Shown: positions 46,815 to 55,715 of the stretch, one piece after another
Layout: each line of letters starts with the position of its first letter
How positions within the stretch are numbered: position 1 is the stretch's first letter
Source: Parcubacteria group bacterium
GTDB lineage: Bacteria; Patescibacteriota; Minisyncoccia; 2-02-FULL-40-12; IGHO2-01-FULL-4-A
Direction of reading: 5' to 3'
NCBI GenBank assembly: GCA_043821485.1
Contig: JBDRCU010000038.1
Span: 1-60,028 of the forward strand
DNA: 60,028 nucleotides
Notes under the pieces: model-generated
The model's database searches: none
Told to the model about the DNA's origin: nothing
What the model saw: only the letters and a program-made list of their open reading frames with translations
Position numbers and translations under genes: made by a program

Positions 46815-48386
46815 ATGATTGAAGTCAAAAACCCCGTCGTACTTCTGATTCTTGATGGCTGGGGACATAGCACTAAAACAATAGGGAATGCTATACACGA
46901 AGCACGTACTCCGGTCTTTGATATGATGGTGAAAAACTACCCAAGAATACTGCTTCAGGCATCCGGCCCTGTTGTTGGCATGAGTTGGGATGAACCGGGC
47001 AATAGCGAAGTCGGACATATTACGCTTGGAGCGGGCCGAATAGTAAGACAATATCGCGCACGCATTCAAGCCACACTCAAAGATGGATCTTTTTTTTCGA
47101 ATAAAGTACTCTTAAATGCTTTTACTCATGCCAAACAAAATAACAGGCCATTGCATCTTCTTGGACTTCTGACGGCTGGATCAGTTCATGCTGACTTTGA
47201 ACAACTTGTAGCACTTATCCAAATAGCGCATAAGCAGGGCTTTAAGGATCTTATACTCCATATGTTTTCAGACGGAAGAGATTCGGGACTTAAGGAAAGT
47301 ATACCTCTTTTGAAAAAGTTAAATGACGTCATTTCTAAATATGGGGTTGGTAAAATTGCGACTGTTATTGGGCGGACATTCGCAATGGACAGAGCAAAAA
47401 ACTGGGATCGTACCCAGAAAGCTTACGATCTAATGCTTTCAGGCAAAGGAGAATTTACAAATCATATTCAAACAACTTTGACCAAGTACCATAATGAAGG
47501 TACATACGATGAATTTATGCCTGCCTTGAAATTAGATGAACAATTTTCAGGGATAGAGCCTAATGATGCATTAATATTTTTCAACTTCAGGGAAGACAGC
47601 ATGAGACAAATATTCCGCGCTTTCATAGAACCAAACTTTAAAGAATTCCCGCAAAAAGATCTCTCCCAAGCATATATATGTTCAATGACTGAATATTTAC
47701 CCGACCAGAGGCAACCGATAGTCTTTGACAAACCAGAGATACCAAACAGCCTTGGTGAAGTTTTGAGCGAATTCGGCAATACCCAGCTTCATTTAGCAGA
47801 GACCCAAAAATATGCTCACGTAACATATTTCTTAAATGGCCTTCATGAAGAAGTTTTTCCAGGCCAGGAAAATGTATTTATAGAGTCCTACAAAGACCCT
47901 AAAGCCAATCCGGAAATGAAAGCTCTTGAGATAGCTGAACATATACAAAATGCTCTTGATCAAAGGAAGTACAACTTCATTGTTGCCAATATTGCTAATG
48001 CTGATGTCGTTGCTCATACAGGAGATCATTCGGCCACTCTCAAGGGCGTAACTGCTACAGATAAAGCGTTGGGCATCATTTATAATACTGCGATCCATAA
48101 TGGCGCAACACTATTTGTGACATCAGATCATGGCAATGCAGAAGAATTAATATATGCAGGCACAGGAGAACCAGAGAGTAAGCATAATAAAAATCCAGTA
48201 CCTTTGATTATGATTCGACGAGAATATGCAATGAATAAAACTCAAGATCAAATATCAAAAGAAATCCGCACAATACCCGGTATGTTAGGAGATGTAGCGC
48301 CAACGATTCTTGCAACGATGGGCATTGCCAAACCAGCTGAAATGATGGGAACAAATTTACTCCCAGCTCTAGGATTTAATGAATAA
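46815..48386 (+). CDS. gpmI: 2,3-bisphosphoglycerate-independent phosphoglycerate mutase
   Basis: LLILDGWG, GNSEVGH, DGRD, AETQKYAHVT, DVVAHTG, TSDHGN. Confidence 0.94.
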   Translation: MIEVKNPVVLLILDGWGHSTKTIGNAIHEARTPVFDMMVKNYPRILLQASGPVVGMSWDEPGNSEVGHITLGAGRIVRQYRARIQATLKDGSFFSNKVLLNAFTHAKQNNRPLHLLGLLTAGSVHADFEQLVALIQIAHKQGFKDLILHMFSDGRDSGLKESIPLLKKLNDVISKYGVGKIATVIGRTFAMDRAKNWDRTQKAYDLMLSGKGEFTNHIQTTLTKYHNEGTYDEFMPALKLDEQFSGIEPNDALIFFNFREDSMRQIFRAFIEPNFKEFPQKDLSQAYICSMTEYLPDQRQPIVFDKPEIPNSLGEVLSEFGNTQLHLAETQKYAHVTYFLNGLHEEVFPGQENVFIESYKDPKANPEMKALEIAEHIQNALDQRKYNFIVANIANADVVAHTGDHSATLKGVTATDKALGIIYNTAIHNGATLFVTSDHGNAEELIYAGTGEPESKHNKNPVPLIMIRREYAMNKTQDQISKEIRTIPGMLGDVAPTILATMGIAKPAEMMGTNLLPALGFNE

Positions 48387-48387
48387 C

Positions 48388-49431
48388 TTATTTGATAATT
48401 CCTCCTCCGAGAACTTCTGATCCTCTATAGATCACTGCTGATTGACCCGAAGCAAGAGCAAATGCGGGTTTCTTAAAATACAACCTATTTCCACGCTTCA
48501 CCTGCACAGGCATTTCTTTCTGTTGATAACGTATCTTAACAGATAGCCTATCTAATGCTTCAGGCATTTTGCTTATCCAGCTTACATTTTTCAATCCAAC
48601 TTCACTCGACTCCAATATTTTTTTATCCTTTGTTACATAAAGAATATTTTTCTTTATGTCTTTTTTATAAACATAGTAGGGACCTCCTCCAATTTCAATA
48701 TCAAAACCATGACGCTGTCCTATTGTATAAAAACATACGCTATCATGTTTGCCAACTACTTTTCCTGTTTCATAAAGCACAATTTCACCTGTCTTGATTG
48801 GTATATATTTACTCAAAAAATCTTTCATATCTAATTGCCCCACGAAACAAACTCCCTGACTATCCTTTTTATCGTGCGTCCCCAATCCCATACGCTTAGC
48901 TATCTTTCTTACCTCATCTTTCTTATAGCTCCCTATTGGAAAAATACTATGCTTCAATTGCTTCTGGTTGAGCTTCCAGAGAAAATATGACTGATCCTTA
49001 TCTAGATCTAATCCCTTAAGTAATGACATGGTCCCATTCTTATTTTTTCTAATACGTGCATAATGACCTGTTGCAATACAGTCTGCACCTTTCTTAAGAG
49101 CCTCTTCCAAAAATATCCCAAACTTTATTTTCTGATTACATATGACATCAGGATTTGGCGTAATACCATTTTTGTATGAATCAATCATATACTTAGTCAC
49201 TTGCTCGCCGTACTCACGCGAAAAATCCCACGTCTCAAACCTTATGCCCAGCTCAACTGCTACGCGCATAGCGTCCAGACGGTCCTGTTGCCAATTACAG
49301 TAACTTTTATCCCTTGAATCGGACCATGGCTTAAAAAACACTCCAACAACGCTAAAACCGCGCTTTTTCACAAGCGCAGCAACAACAGAGGAATCTACTC
49401 CTCCTGACATTGCAACATAAACTGTTTTCAT
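48388..49431 (-). CDS. mnmA: tRNA-specific 2-thiouridylase
   Basis: AMSGGVDSSV, PNPDV.CN..IKF, ATGHYA, KDQSYFL, KKDSQGVCF, GQSAV. Confidence 0.96.
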   Translation of the reverse strand: MKTVYVAMSGGVDSSVVAALVKKRGFSVVGVFFKPWSDSRDKSYCNWQQDRLDAMRVAVELGIRFETWDFSREYGEQVTKYMIDSYKNGITPNPDVICNQKIKFGIFLEEALKKGADCIATGHYARIRKNKNGTMSLLKGLDLDKDQSYFLWKLNQKQLKHSIFPIGSYKKDEVRKIAKRMGLGTHDKKDSQGVCFVGQLDMKDFLSKYIPIKTGEIVLYETGKVVGKHDSVCFYTIGQRHGFDIEIGGGPYYVYKKDIKKNILYVTKDKKILESSEVGLKNVSWISKMPEALDRLSVKIRYQQKEMPVQVKRGNRLYFKKPAFALASGQSAVIYRGSEVLGGGIIK

Positions 49432-49442
49432 ATAGATTCTTC

Positions 49443-50309
49443 TTATCTAAAGAATCCTACAAAAGCATCTCCAATAAGTCCAGTAAATCTACTCCAAAAA
49501 CCTGCTTCTTCTACAACCTGTAAATTATTACGCTCAAGTAATGACCTAAAGTCATGTGTTGGTGTTGGCCTTGGAGTTCTCATTGGTCTGGATGTAGGAT
49601 CTGGGTACGGCAATGGCCATGCAGTTGCTGTTGGAATGGGGGTTCTCTGTGGAGTCCTAGTCGGTCTTGGAGTTCTAGTTATATCCGGAATCGGAGTCGA
49701 TGTCGGTGTTTTGCGATTTCTTTCTTCTCTTCTTTCTTTTTCTTCCTGCCGTTTCCTTAAGACTTCCCTCATTTGTTCTGTTCTTCCTGGTGGCAAAAAA
49801 CCATGCTTTTCTGCAAATTCAATACACTTGAGTTGATTCTCTTCTCTCTCGCAGTGTCTCAAACATTCTTTCTCTGAACCGCATCCAATATCTCCCCTAT
49901 TTTCATCTAATGCTTTTTCGCGTTCAGCACGCTCACGAGATATTAGGCCGTTCTCTTCTGCATATTGCAGACATAAAGCGCTATTTTCTTTATTAGAACA
50001 AACTTCACGGCAAGACTCCTGACTATCACAATTTTTAGGACCACCGTCTAATAGCAATAGTGCCTTCTCGCCTTTCTTTTCCGAAATCAAACCATTTTCC
50101 ATTCCGAAAACAATACAAATTCTTTTGACTTCATTATCTTCTGAATCACAAGTTTGCTTGCATTCTTTAACAGTCTTGCATCCGAATGGTCCTTCCCCCA
50201 ATTGATCTAATACTTCTTGCGCACTGACTTTTGCTTGGACTGTATTATTGACTCCAAGAAGTAATAGCAGTCCTAGTCCAAAAAATATTACTAATGTGAT
50301 TTTTTTCAT
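49443..50309 (-). CDS. Secreted protein with Cys-rich repeats and Pro/Thr/Arg tail
   Basis: Three C-x5-C-x3-C-x8/10-C repeats. Confidence 0.75.
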   Translation of the reverse strand: MKKITLVIFFGLGLLLLLGVNNTVQAKVSAQEVLDQLGEGPFGCKTVKECKQTCDSEDNEVKRICIVFGMENGLISEKKGEKALLLLDGGPKNCDSQESCREVCSNKENSALCLQYAEENGLISRERAEREKALDENRGDIGCGSEKECLRHCEREENQLKCIEFAEKHGFLPPGRTEQMREVLRKRQEEKERREERNRKTPTSTPIPDITRTPRPTRTPQRTPIPTATAWPLPYPDPTSRPMRTPRPTPTHDFRSLLERNNLQVVEEAGFWSRFTGLIGDAFVGFFR

Positions 50310-50314
50310 ATTAT

Positions 50315-50560
50315 TTATTCTTCAAAAGGATTTATATCGCTACTTTCAATGTCTCCAAATGGATCCTGATAATCTCCGGAGTTATCATTTTCATCTAATT
50401 CATCAAAAGGATTCACAGAATTAATTTCTTGCGTTGGCGTTGGACTTGCCAAGACACTCTCAGGCTCATCTTGTCCGACTTTTTCCCAAAGTAAAAACCC
50501 TCCATAGCCTATCACTGCTATTATTATAACAAGTATGATTATATATGCTGATCTAGACAT
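50315..50560 (-). CDS. Small membrane-anchored acidic protein
   Basis: 81 aa; TM then NPF/DPF repeats. Confidence 0.65.
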   Translation of the reverse strand: MSRSAYIIILVIIIAVIGYGGFLLWEKVGQDEPESVLASPTPTQEINSVNPFDELDENDNSGDYQDPFGDIESSDINPFEE

Positions 50561-50568
50561 AATTTATA

Positions 50569-51834
50569 TTAATTTAAAGTTGATAATATATTAAGTTTAT
50601 CAATTATCTTATATTTCTCAATGTAGTCTCTCGTTTCTTCTCTAAAAATTGGACTATCTGCCCAACCAGAACCATATTTATTTACGGATTGTATTGTCCG
50701 GCTTGGTCCGCCATTGTATGTAGCTGCCAACATCTCTTCTGTGATTCCTTCTGTAAGCTTATCCTCATTAATACTTCTCTGAAGAGAAGCCTTATGACTA
50801 TCCAGAAACAATACCATAGCTTTCATAGCATTAACGTGATCACCCATCCCTAATCTATAGTCCTTAATCATCTCCGCTTCTGGATAAAGTTCTACCATAC
50901 CGTCATAAGTAGGCTCAATAAATTGTGCAATTCCTGTTGCTCCGGCAGAGGATCCAGTATACTTATATGCCCATTCCTCATTTGAACCCAAAATAACCAA
51001 AACCCGTTCAACAAGCCTTTTCCCTTTATCATCAGACATTAAGAGCGCCCTTGTGTCTGTTTGTTCTGTGAATATAATATTACTCAAAATTTCTTTAGGA
51101 ATCACATCTGTAATAAGTTCTTCTGGCGAAGCAAGAGATATTACATCATTATCTTCAAGTTCTTCATAGGCTCTGTCTATATTTTTTAATAAATAATCTT
51201 TACCTTCTTTCATAACATCAATCCAATGTATATCCTCTGAATACGGCACATATACCATGTCTGTATATTTACTTACAGGGCCATCAAGACTAAGCAGAAG
51301 TGTTGTCTGCTCTGGCAATTCATCCCTCTCAATTAAATATTTATTTGCTATAACCATCAAATGCGGATCATCTGGAGTATCATACATACTATTGAAGCTA
51401 TTCCACCATCTTACCGTAACTCGCAAAGGATCTGGGTCATTTTCTAATGGGACTAAAGAAAGTATTCCTGTTTCCCGAGCTTTTTGAGCTTGCGATTCAT
51501 CCATCCAAAATCTTTTTTCAAATATATCTCCTGTTTTTTTATCAAGAATTGCGAATGCTATCTGTTTCTTTCTAAGAGCTCCGCTGTGAGTGCCATTGCT
51601 TGTCTCATATTGCAAAGGCGGAGATGATTTCAAAAGTGAAATTCCTTCTTTTATTTTTTGATCTACGTCTTTAATCTCATATTTTTCTGAAGCGGGAAAT
51701 ATAAAAAAATTCTTGGATGTTCCTGCACCTACGAAAAGCATCCCCAACATCAAAACAAAAACAGAACCCGCAACGATTAAACTTTTTTTGTATTTTTGTG
51801 CAATATTTTTAAACTTCTCTATGTCTATTCTCAT
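50569..51834 (-). CDS. Membrane-anchored protein with C-terminal lytic-transglycosylase (SLT)-like domain
   Basis: SSAGA.GIAQF...T, AATYNGGP, ET..Y motifs. Confidence 0.75.
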   Translation of the reverse strand: MRIDIEKFKNIAQKYKKSLIVAGSVFVLMLGMLFVGAGTSKNFFIFPASEKYEIKDVDQKIKEGISLLKSSPPLQYETSNGTHSGALRKKQIAFAILDKKTGDIFEKRFWMDESQAQKARETGILSLVPLENDPDPLRVTVRWWNSFNSMYDTPDDPHLMVIANKYLIERDELPEQTTLLLSLDGPVSKYTDMVYVPYSEDIHWIDVMKEGKDYLLKNIDRAYEELEDNDVISLASPEELITDVIPKEILSNIIFTEQTDTRALLMSDDKGKRLVERVLVILGSNEEWAYKYTGSSAGATGIAQFIEPTYDGMVELYPEAEMIKDYRLGMGDHVNAMKAMVLFLDSHKASLQRSINEDKLTEGITEEMLAATYNGGPSRTIQSVNKYGSGWADSPIFREETRDYIEKYKIIDKLNILSTLN

Positions 51835-51837
51835 ATA

Positions 51838-53190
51838 TTATAAGTTGGCTCCGATTATAGCGGCCTTTTCCTGAACTAAATTTGCATAATAGTTACAAAT
51901 ATTTGATGAACATGTTGTACTTCCACCAACATATGCTTTGGCTGCACCTATTTCGGATGCATAGGTTTTTGCAGTAGCTCCTGCACTTGCAAGCTTAATA
52001 GCTGCTGCTGTGAATGCATCTTCAATATTCCATGGATCTGGTGGATTATGCCCAGTAAGTTGAGCTACCCTATCTCTGTATCCCATCCATGTTGTAGGAA
52101 TGAATTGTGCAGGACCCATGGCTCCTCCGCATCCATACGCTGGCTCTGCAGAGACTTTAACGCTATTCGGATCAAGGCCAAGTTCATTTATTATTGTAAA
52201 GAAAGCATTCTTCTCATTTTCTGCGCGTTTATGATAATAGTCTTTCTTGTGCGGATAATATATATCTCCAAGCCTTAGATAACATTGATACATATCATCA
52301 TTCCAATTCCCTGTTCCCTGATATTTTCCTATTCGTGTTTCAACTTCAAGTACTCCCAATAGAAACTCAGGTCTTATACCTGCCCTGATCGCAGCAAGTT
52401 GTGCCTGTGCTATTGCCTCATCCAGACTAAGACCATTTTGCAATAAAAATGTTATCTGTTCACGAATGGCTTCTATATCACGCTTCTTTTCAGTGACTAA
52501 ACTTTGATATTTCGCTTCTTCGCCTTTTGTTTCTTTCAATAAAGAATCTTTTGCCCATTTATTTTGATTCAAATTATTTCTTTGCGAAGCTTGAATATTA
52601 AGCAATGTTTCAAGTTCATTTTTCTTACCCTCCAATTCTTCGTACTCATTCTCATACCTTATCTTTGCTTCCTTGATCGACTGAATACTGATACGCAAAT
52701 TATCCTGCGACTCTGTTATATCATTCAGGTCACCAAAAAAATCAGACAAATGTTCATGCTGCAACAATATCTGCGTCAAATTCTGTTGATCAAGCTCATA
52801 CATTATACGAAGAGTGCTTGCAAGCGCTATTTTATGCGCTTCAATCTCTTTCTGCGCTTCTGAAATAGCGCCCTCGGTTATCACAATCTCATCTCCTGTT
52901 TGATCTATCGCAAGATTTAAACTTTGTATCTCTAATTGAATCTTGCTAATTGTTGCATTCAATCGTGCAATCTCGCCAGACAGCGTAACTGACTTACCCT
53001 GATTCAATTGGATTTGTTGCTGGTACGCTGCGATCTGTCTCTCAATTTCAGCTATCTGTTGATTGCGTTCATCAATCTCTGATTGAGTGCTAGCAGTAGC
53101 CTGATCCATTCCCAAAACAAAAACTAAACACAGGACGAGTGCTATTGCAAATCCTACAGAATACCTTATTATATTGCTCTTCATGAACAT
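51838..53190 (-). CDS. Secreted coiled-coil protein with C-terminal lytic-transglycosylase-like domain
   Basis: Coiled coil then LGVLEVET..G, GGAMGPAQFIPTTW, DPWN.EDA..AAA..L. Confidence 0.8.
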   Translation of the reverse strand: MFMKSNIIRYSVGFAIALVLCLVFVLGMDQATASTQSEIDERNQQIAEIERQIAAYQQQIQLNQGKSVTLSGEIARLNATISKIQLEIQSLNLAIDQTGDEIVITEGAISEAQKEIEAHKIALASTLRIMYELDQQNLTQILLQHEHLSDFFGDLNDITESQDNLRISIQSIKEAKIRYENEYEELEGKKNELETLLNIQASQRNNLNQNKWAKDSLLKETKGEEAKYQSLVTEKKRDIEAIREQITFLLQNGLSLDEAIAQAQLAAIRAGIRPEFLLGVLEVETRIGKYQGTGNWNDDMYQCYLRLGDIYYPHKKDYYHKRAENEKNAFFTIINELGLDPNSVKVSAEPAYGCGGAMGPAQFIPTTWMGYRDRVAQLTGHNPPDPWNIEDAFTAAAIKLASAGATAKTYASEIGAAKAYVGGSTTCSSNICNYYANLVQEKAAIIGANL

Positions 53191-53224
53191 ATATATTATA
53201 TCAATATAATGGTAAAATTTAAAC

Positions 53225-54565
53225 ATGAGATCTACACTTCTTAAGACGTTACTCAACAGGAAAACGTTACTTATGGGGTCAGGAGTCCTGGCTTTCACAA
53301 CCATCCTAAGCTATATCTTAGGACTTTTTCGCGATCGCCTGCTTGCTACTACATTTGGAGCTACAAGAATTCTAGATACATACAATGCTTCTTTTGTATT
53401 GCCTGATTTGATTTTAAATATATTCGTTGCCGGCGCCTTGTCAGCTGCATTCATTCCGATCTTCAGTCAACTGCTTCAAAAAGAAGACTGTGAACAAATG
53501 TCAGAATTCATGAGTAGTGTTCTGACGAGTGCTTTAATCGTAGTCTTTGTTGTTGGTTCTTTAGTATTTATCTTTGCTCCCCAGCTTAGCAATTTTATTG
53601 TACCGGGTTTCAGTGATGCCGAACGTAGTCTCTATACATCTCTAACCAGAATACTGCTTCTCTCCCCTCTTCTTTTTGCAGTTAGTAATACTTTAGGAGG
53701 AATACTTGTTAGCAAAGAAAAATTTTTCTGGTTTGGCATTTCTGCTCCTTTGTATAATTTAGGAATTATCGGAGGTATAGCTTTCTTGAGTTCTCAATAT
53801 GGAATCTTTGGAGCTGCATATGGCGCTCTTGCCGGAGCATTATTGCATACATTAATACGTTTACCCGGAATAGTACGATCTGGCTTGAGATATAGACCTC
53901 GAATACGAGTCACAGACTATTACAAAAAATTCCTTCGCTTAATGACCCCGAAGATGATAGGTCACCCATTAGAACAAATTACATTCCTTGGATATACAAT
54001 AATTGCTTCTTCTCTCGGTGCTGGTTCAATTGCAATACTAACTTTTGCACGCAATTTTCAATATGCGCCTATTGCAATAATTGGAATAAATCTTGCTCTT
54101 ACAATATTTCCTACTTTATCGCGTGAAGCTGCTTCTGGCGACCGCAAAGCATTTCTTAGTAGTCTTTTCTTTACATTAAAAACAATAATTGTAACAACTG
54201 GCTTATCTGCTATTGCAATATATATTGCTAGATTCTGGCTTGTTGGCTTATTGCTTGGCGGTGGAGAGTTTGGAACTGATGCAGTTGCGCTAACTGCATC
54301 TGCACTCGGTATATTCACCCTTGCCATTCCAACTGAAAGCGTAAATCAACTTCTTGCAAGAGCATTTTATTCATTACAAAACAGTGTAACACCAGTTGTC
54401 ATTGGAATCATTGGATTGATTATTGCAATAGGCACAGGCTATATCTTCTCACGAACAATGGGAGTAAATGGTTTAATATTAGGATTCTTTATTGGCAGTG
54501 TTATAAAAGTATTACTGTTATCCATTCTTCTTAAAAAAGAAATTAGACAAAAGTTATCCTCTTAA
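53225..54565 (+). CDS. murJ: Lipid II flippase MurJ/MviN family
   Basis: SYILGLFRD, D.YNASF.LPD, GALSAAFIP.F, RAFYS.Q....P. Confidence 0.88.
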   Translation: MRSTLLKTLLNRKTLLMGSGVLAFTTILSYILGLFRDRLLATTFGATRILDTYNASFVLPDLILNIFVAGALSAAFIPIFSQLLQKEDCEQMSEFMSSVLTSALIVVFVVGSLVFIFAPQLSNFIVPGFSDAERSLYTSLTRILLLSPLLFAVSNTLGGILVSKEKFFWFGISAPLYNLGIIGGIAFLSSQYGIFGAAYGALAGALLHTLIRLPGIVRSGLRYRPRIRVTDYYKKFLRLMTPKMIGHPLEQITFLGYTIIASSLGAGSIAILTFARNFQYAPIAIIGINLALTIFPTLSREAASGDRKAFLSSLFFTLKTIIVTTGLSAIAIYIARFWLVGLLLGGGEFGTDAVALTASALGIFTLAIPTESVNQLLARAFYSLQNSVTPVVIGIIGLIIAIGTGYIFSRTMGVNGLILGFFIGSVIKVLLLSILLKKEIRQKLSS

Positions 54566-54573
54566 ACACAATC

Positions 54574-54601
54574 GAGCCAATTCCTAAAATGGAATTGGCT
54601 C
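54574..54601. terminator. Bidirectional terminator
   Basis: GAGCCAATTCC-TAAAAT-GGAATTGGCTC, perfect 11-bp stem. Confidence 0.75.
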
Positions 54602-54940
54602 TCTTGGTACTTGTAGAAGGGGGCCGACCGGAACAATCGGGGAACCCCAACGAGTGAGTGATCCTTTATGAGACCATACTCTCCAACTTCTGCGCCTCAT
54701 GTCCCGAAAGTGATCCAGGGCTGGTTGAAGGAAAGACTAAGTCCTCATCGTGGACTTACAGCCCCGTGAGAGCGCCCTATACTCTCACTAAAACCCGCTC
54801 CCGGCAGATCGACGTATAGTAACCCGGAGGTTGGTCCGAGCAACCCGTCGTCTGGTCGAAAGCGTCAAGAGGGTCCCGTCGTCCGTGTCGTGCGTCGCTA
54901 GGCTAATCCTTTTGAACGACGAGTCGGGCGAGGTGACCTG
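54574..54940 (-). ncRNA. Candidate ~370-nt structured non-coding RNA of unknown class
   Basis: TTGACG-17-TATCTT promoter (54974-54946), GC-rich, multiple stems, no SD-led ORF, closed by terminator. Confidence 0.5.
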
Positions 54941-54988
54941 TTAAAAAGATAACTCCTTATTTAAAAATCGTCAAGGGAGAAACTATAC

Positions 54989-55013
54989 AAAAATAAAAAA
55001 ACCCTTTCGGGAT
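54989..55013 (-). terminator. 25-bp terminator, copy 1
   Basis: Minus strand AATCCCGAAAGGG-TTTTTTATTTTT. Confidence 0.7.
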
Positions 55014-55063
55014 TGAATTTCGGGATTTAACGGGTCGGTCGAAGTCTCCTAACAACGACCGAC

Positions 55064-55282
55064 CTAATGTACGCCTCCTGCTAGTTCAGATAGGACGACT
55101 TCTACCCAAAGCACTACCAAGACGTTGATCAAGGTCTTGAGTGCTTCGTCTCTGTTCGCCTTACTGTAACCGGCTGAAAAAAGACGAGTGCCGTCCCGCC
55201 TGAGCAACGCGCCTGCTGGCAACTCGGAGTTTATTCGCGAAAGTACTTTTGGCTTCCGCCACCAGTATGACACAGTCTCCAT
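55064..55282 (-). CDS. Small hypothetical protein (72 aa)
   Basis: ORF with upstream TTGACA (55330) and downstream hairpin plus terminator. Confidence 0.5.
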   Translation of the reverse strand: METVSYWWRKPKVLSRINSELPAGALLRRDGTRLFSAGYSKANRDEALKTLINVLVVLWVEVVLSELAGGVH

Positions 55283-55340
55283 CCTTTCCGAGGGTCATTA
55301 ATAAATACCTTGTTATATTCCTCGTGTCAAATGTTATTTA

Positions 55341-55365
55341 AAAAATAAAAAACCCTTTCGGGATT
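55341..55365 (-). terminator. 25-bp terminator, copy 2 (identical to 54989-55013)
   Basis: Exact direct repeat AAAAATAAAAAACCCTTTCGGGATT. Confidence 0.7.
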
Positions 55366-55484
55366 CGTCTTGGGTGGGCGGGGTCGTTGACCCCGCCCAC
55401 CCAGCGCAGCAGCCGGGGCAGGAAACCACGACTGTAACTCGGCGCACGCCCTACGGCGTGCCTTCAGCAGGAGAGATGAGCTCT

Positions 55485-55652
55485 CTAGGGAGCTCTGTTG
55501 AGGTGCCCCCAGAAGTCGTCTCTGTCTTCTCGGGTGTCTGCGGAGTAGTTCTCTGCAAGCCACTTTTGGGGAAGCTTCTCTACTCCCTCTAGTGACAGGT
55601 CTCCGAATAAGACAATGACAACTCCTTCCTCGTTCTTTTTATCCTCGTTCAC
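55485..55652 (-). CDS. Small acidic hypothetical protein (55 aa)
   Basis: GTG 55652 after GGAGAGGAGG SD; TTGACG(55719)-17-TATTGT promoter. Confidence 0.55.
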   Translation of the reverse strand: MNEDKKNEEGVVIVLFGDLSLEGVEKLPQKWLAENYSADTREDRDDFWGHLNRAP

Positions 55653-55715
55653 GTTCGCATCCTCCTCTCCTGTGCTGATTGTGTAATTACACAATATGCC
55701 AATAATCCATATCCG

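Noticed and set aside
54574-54940. RNase P RNA, tmRNA, SRP RNA or group I intron
   Set aside because: No properly placed GAGGAAAGUCC / AAAACCCGGCUUA pair, no tRNA-like T-arm or CCA end, no SRP loop motif, and the GACUA/UAGUC P7 pairing is imperfect with no host exon
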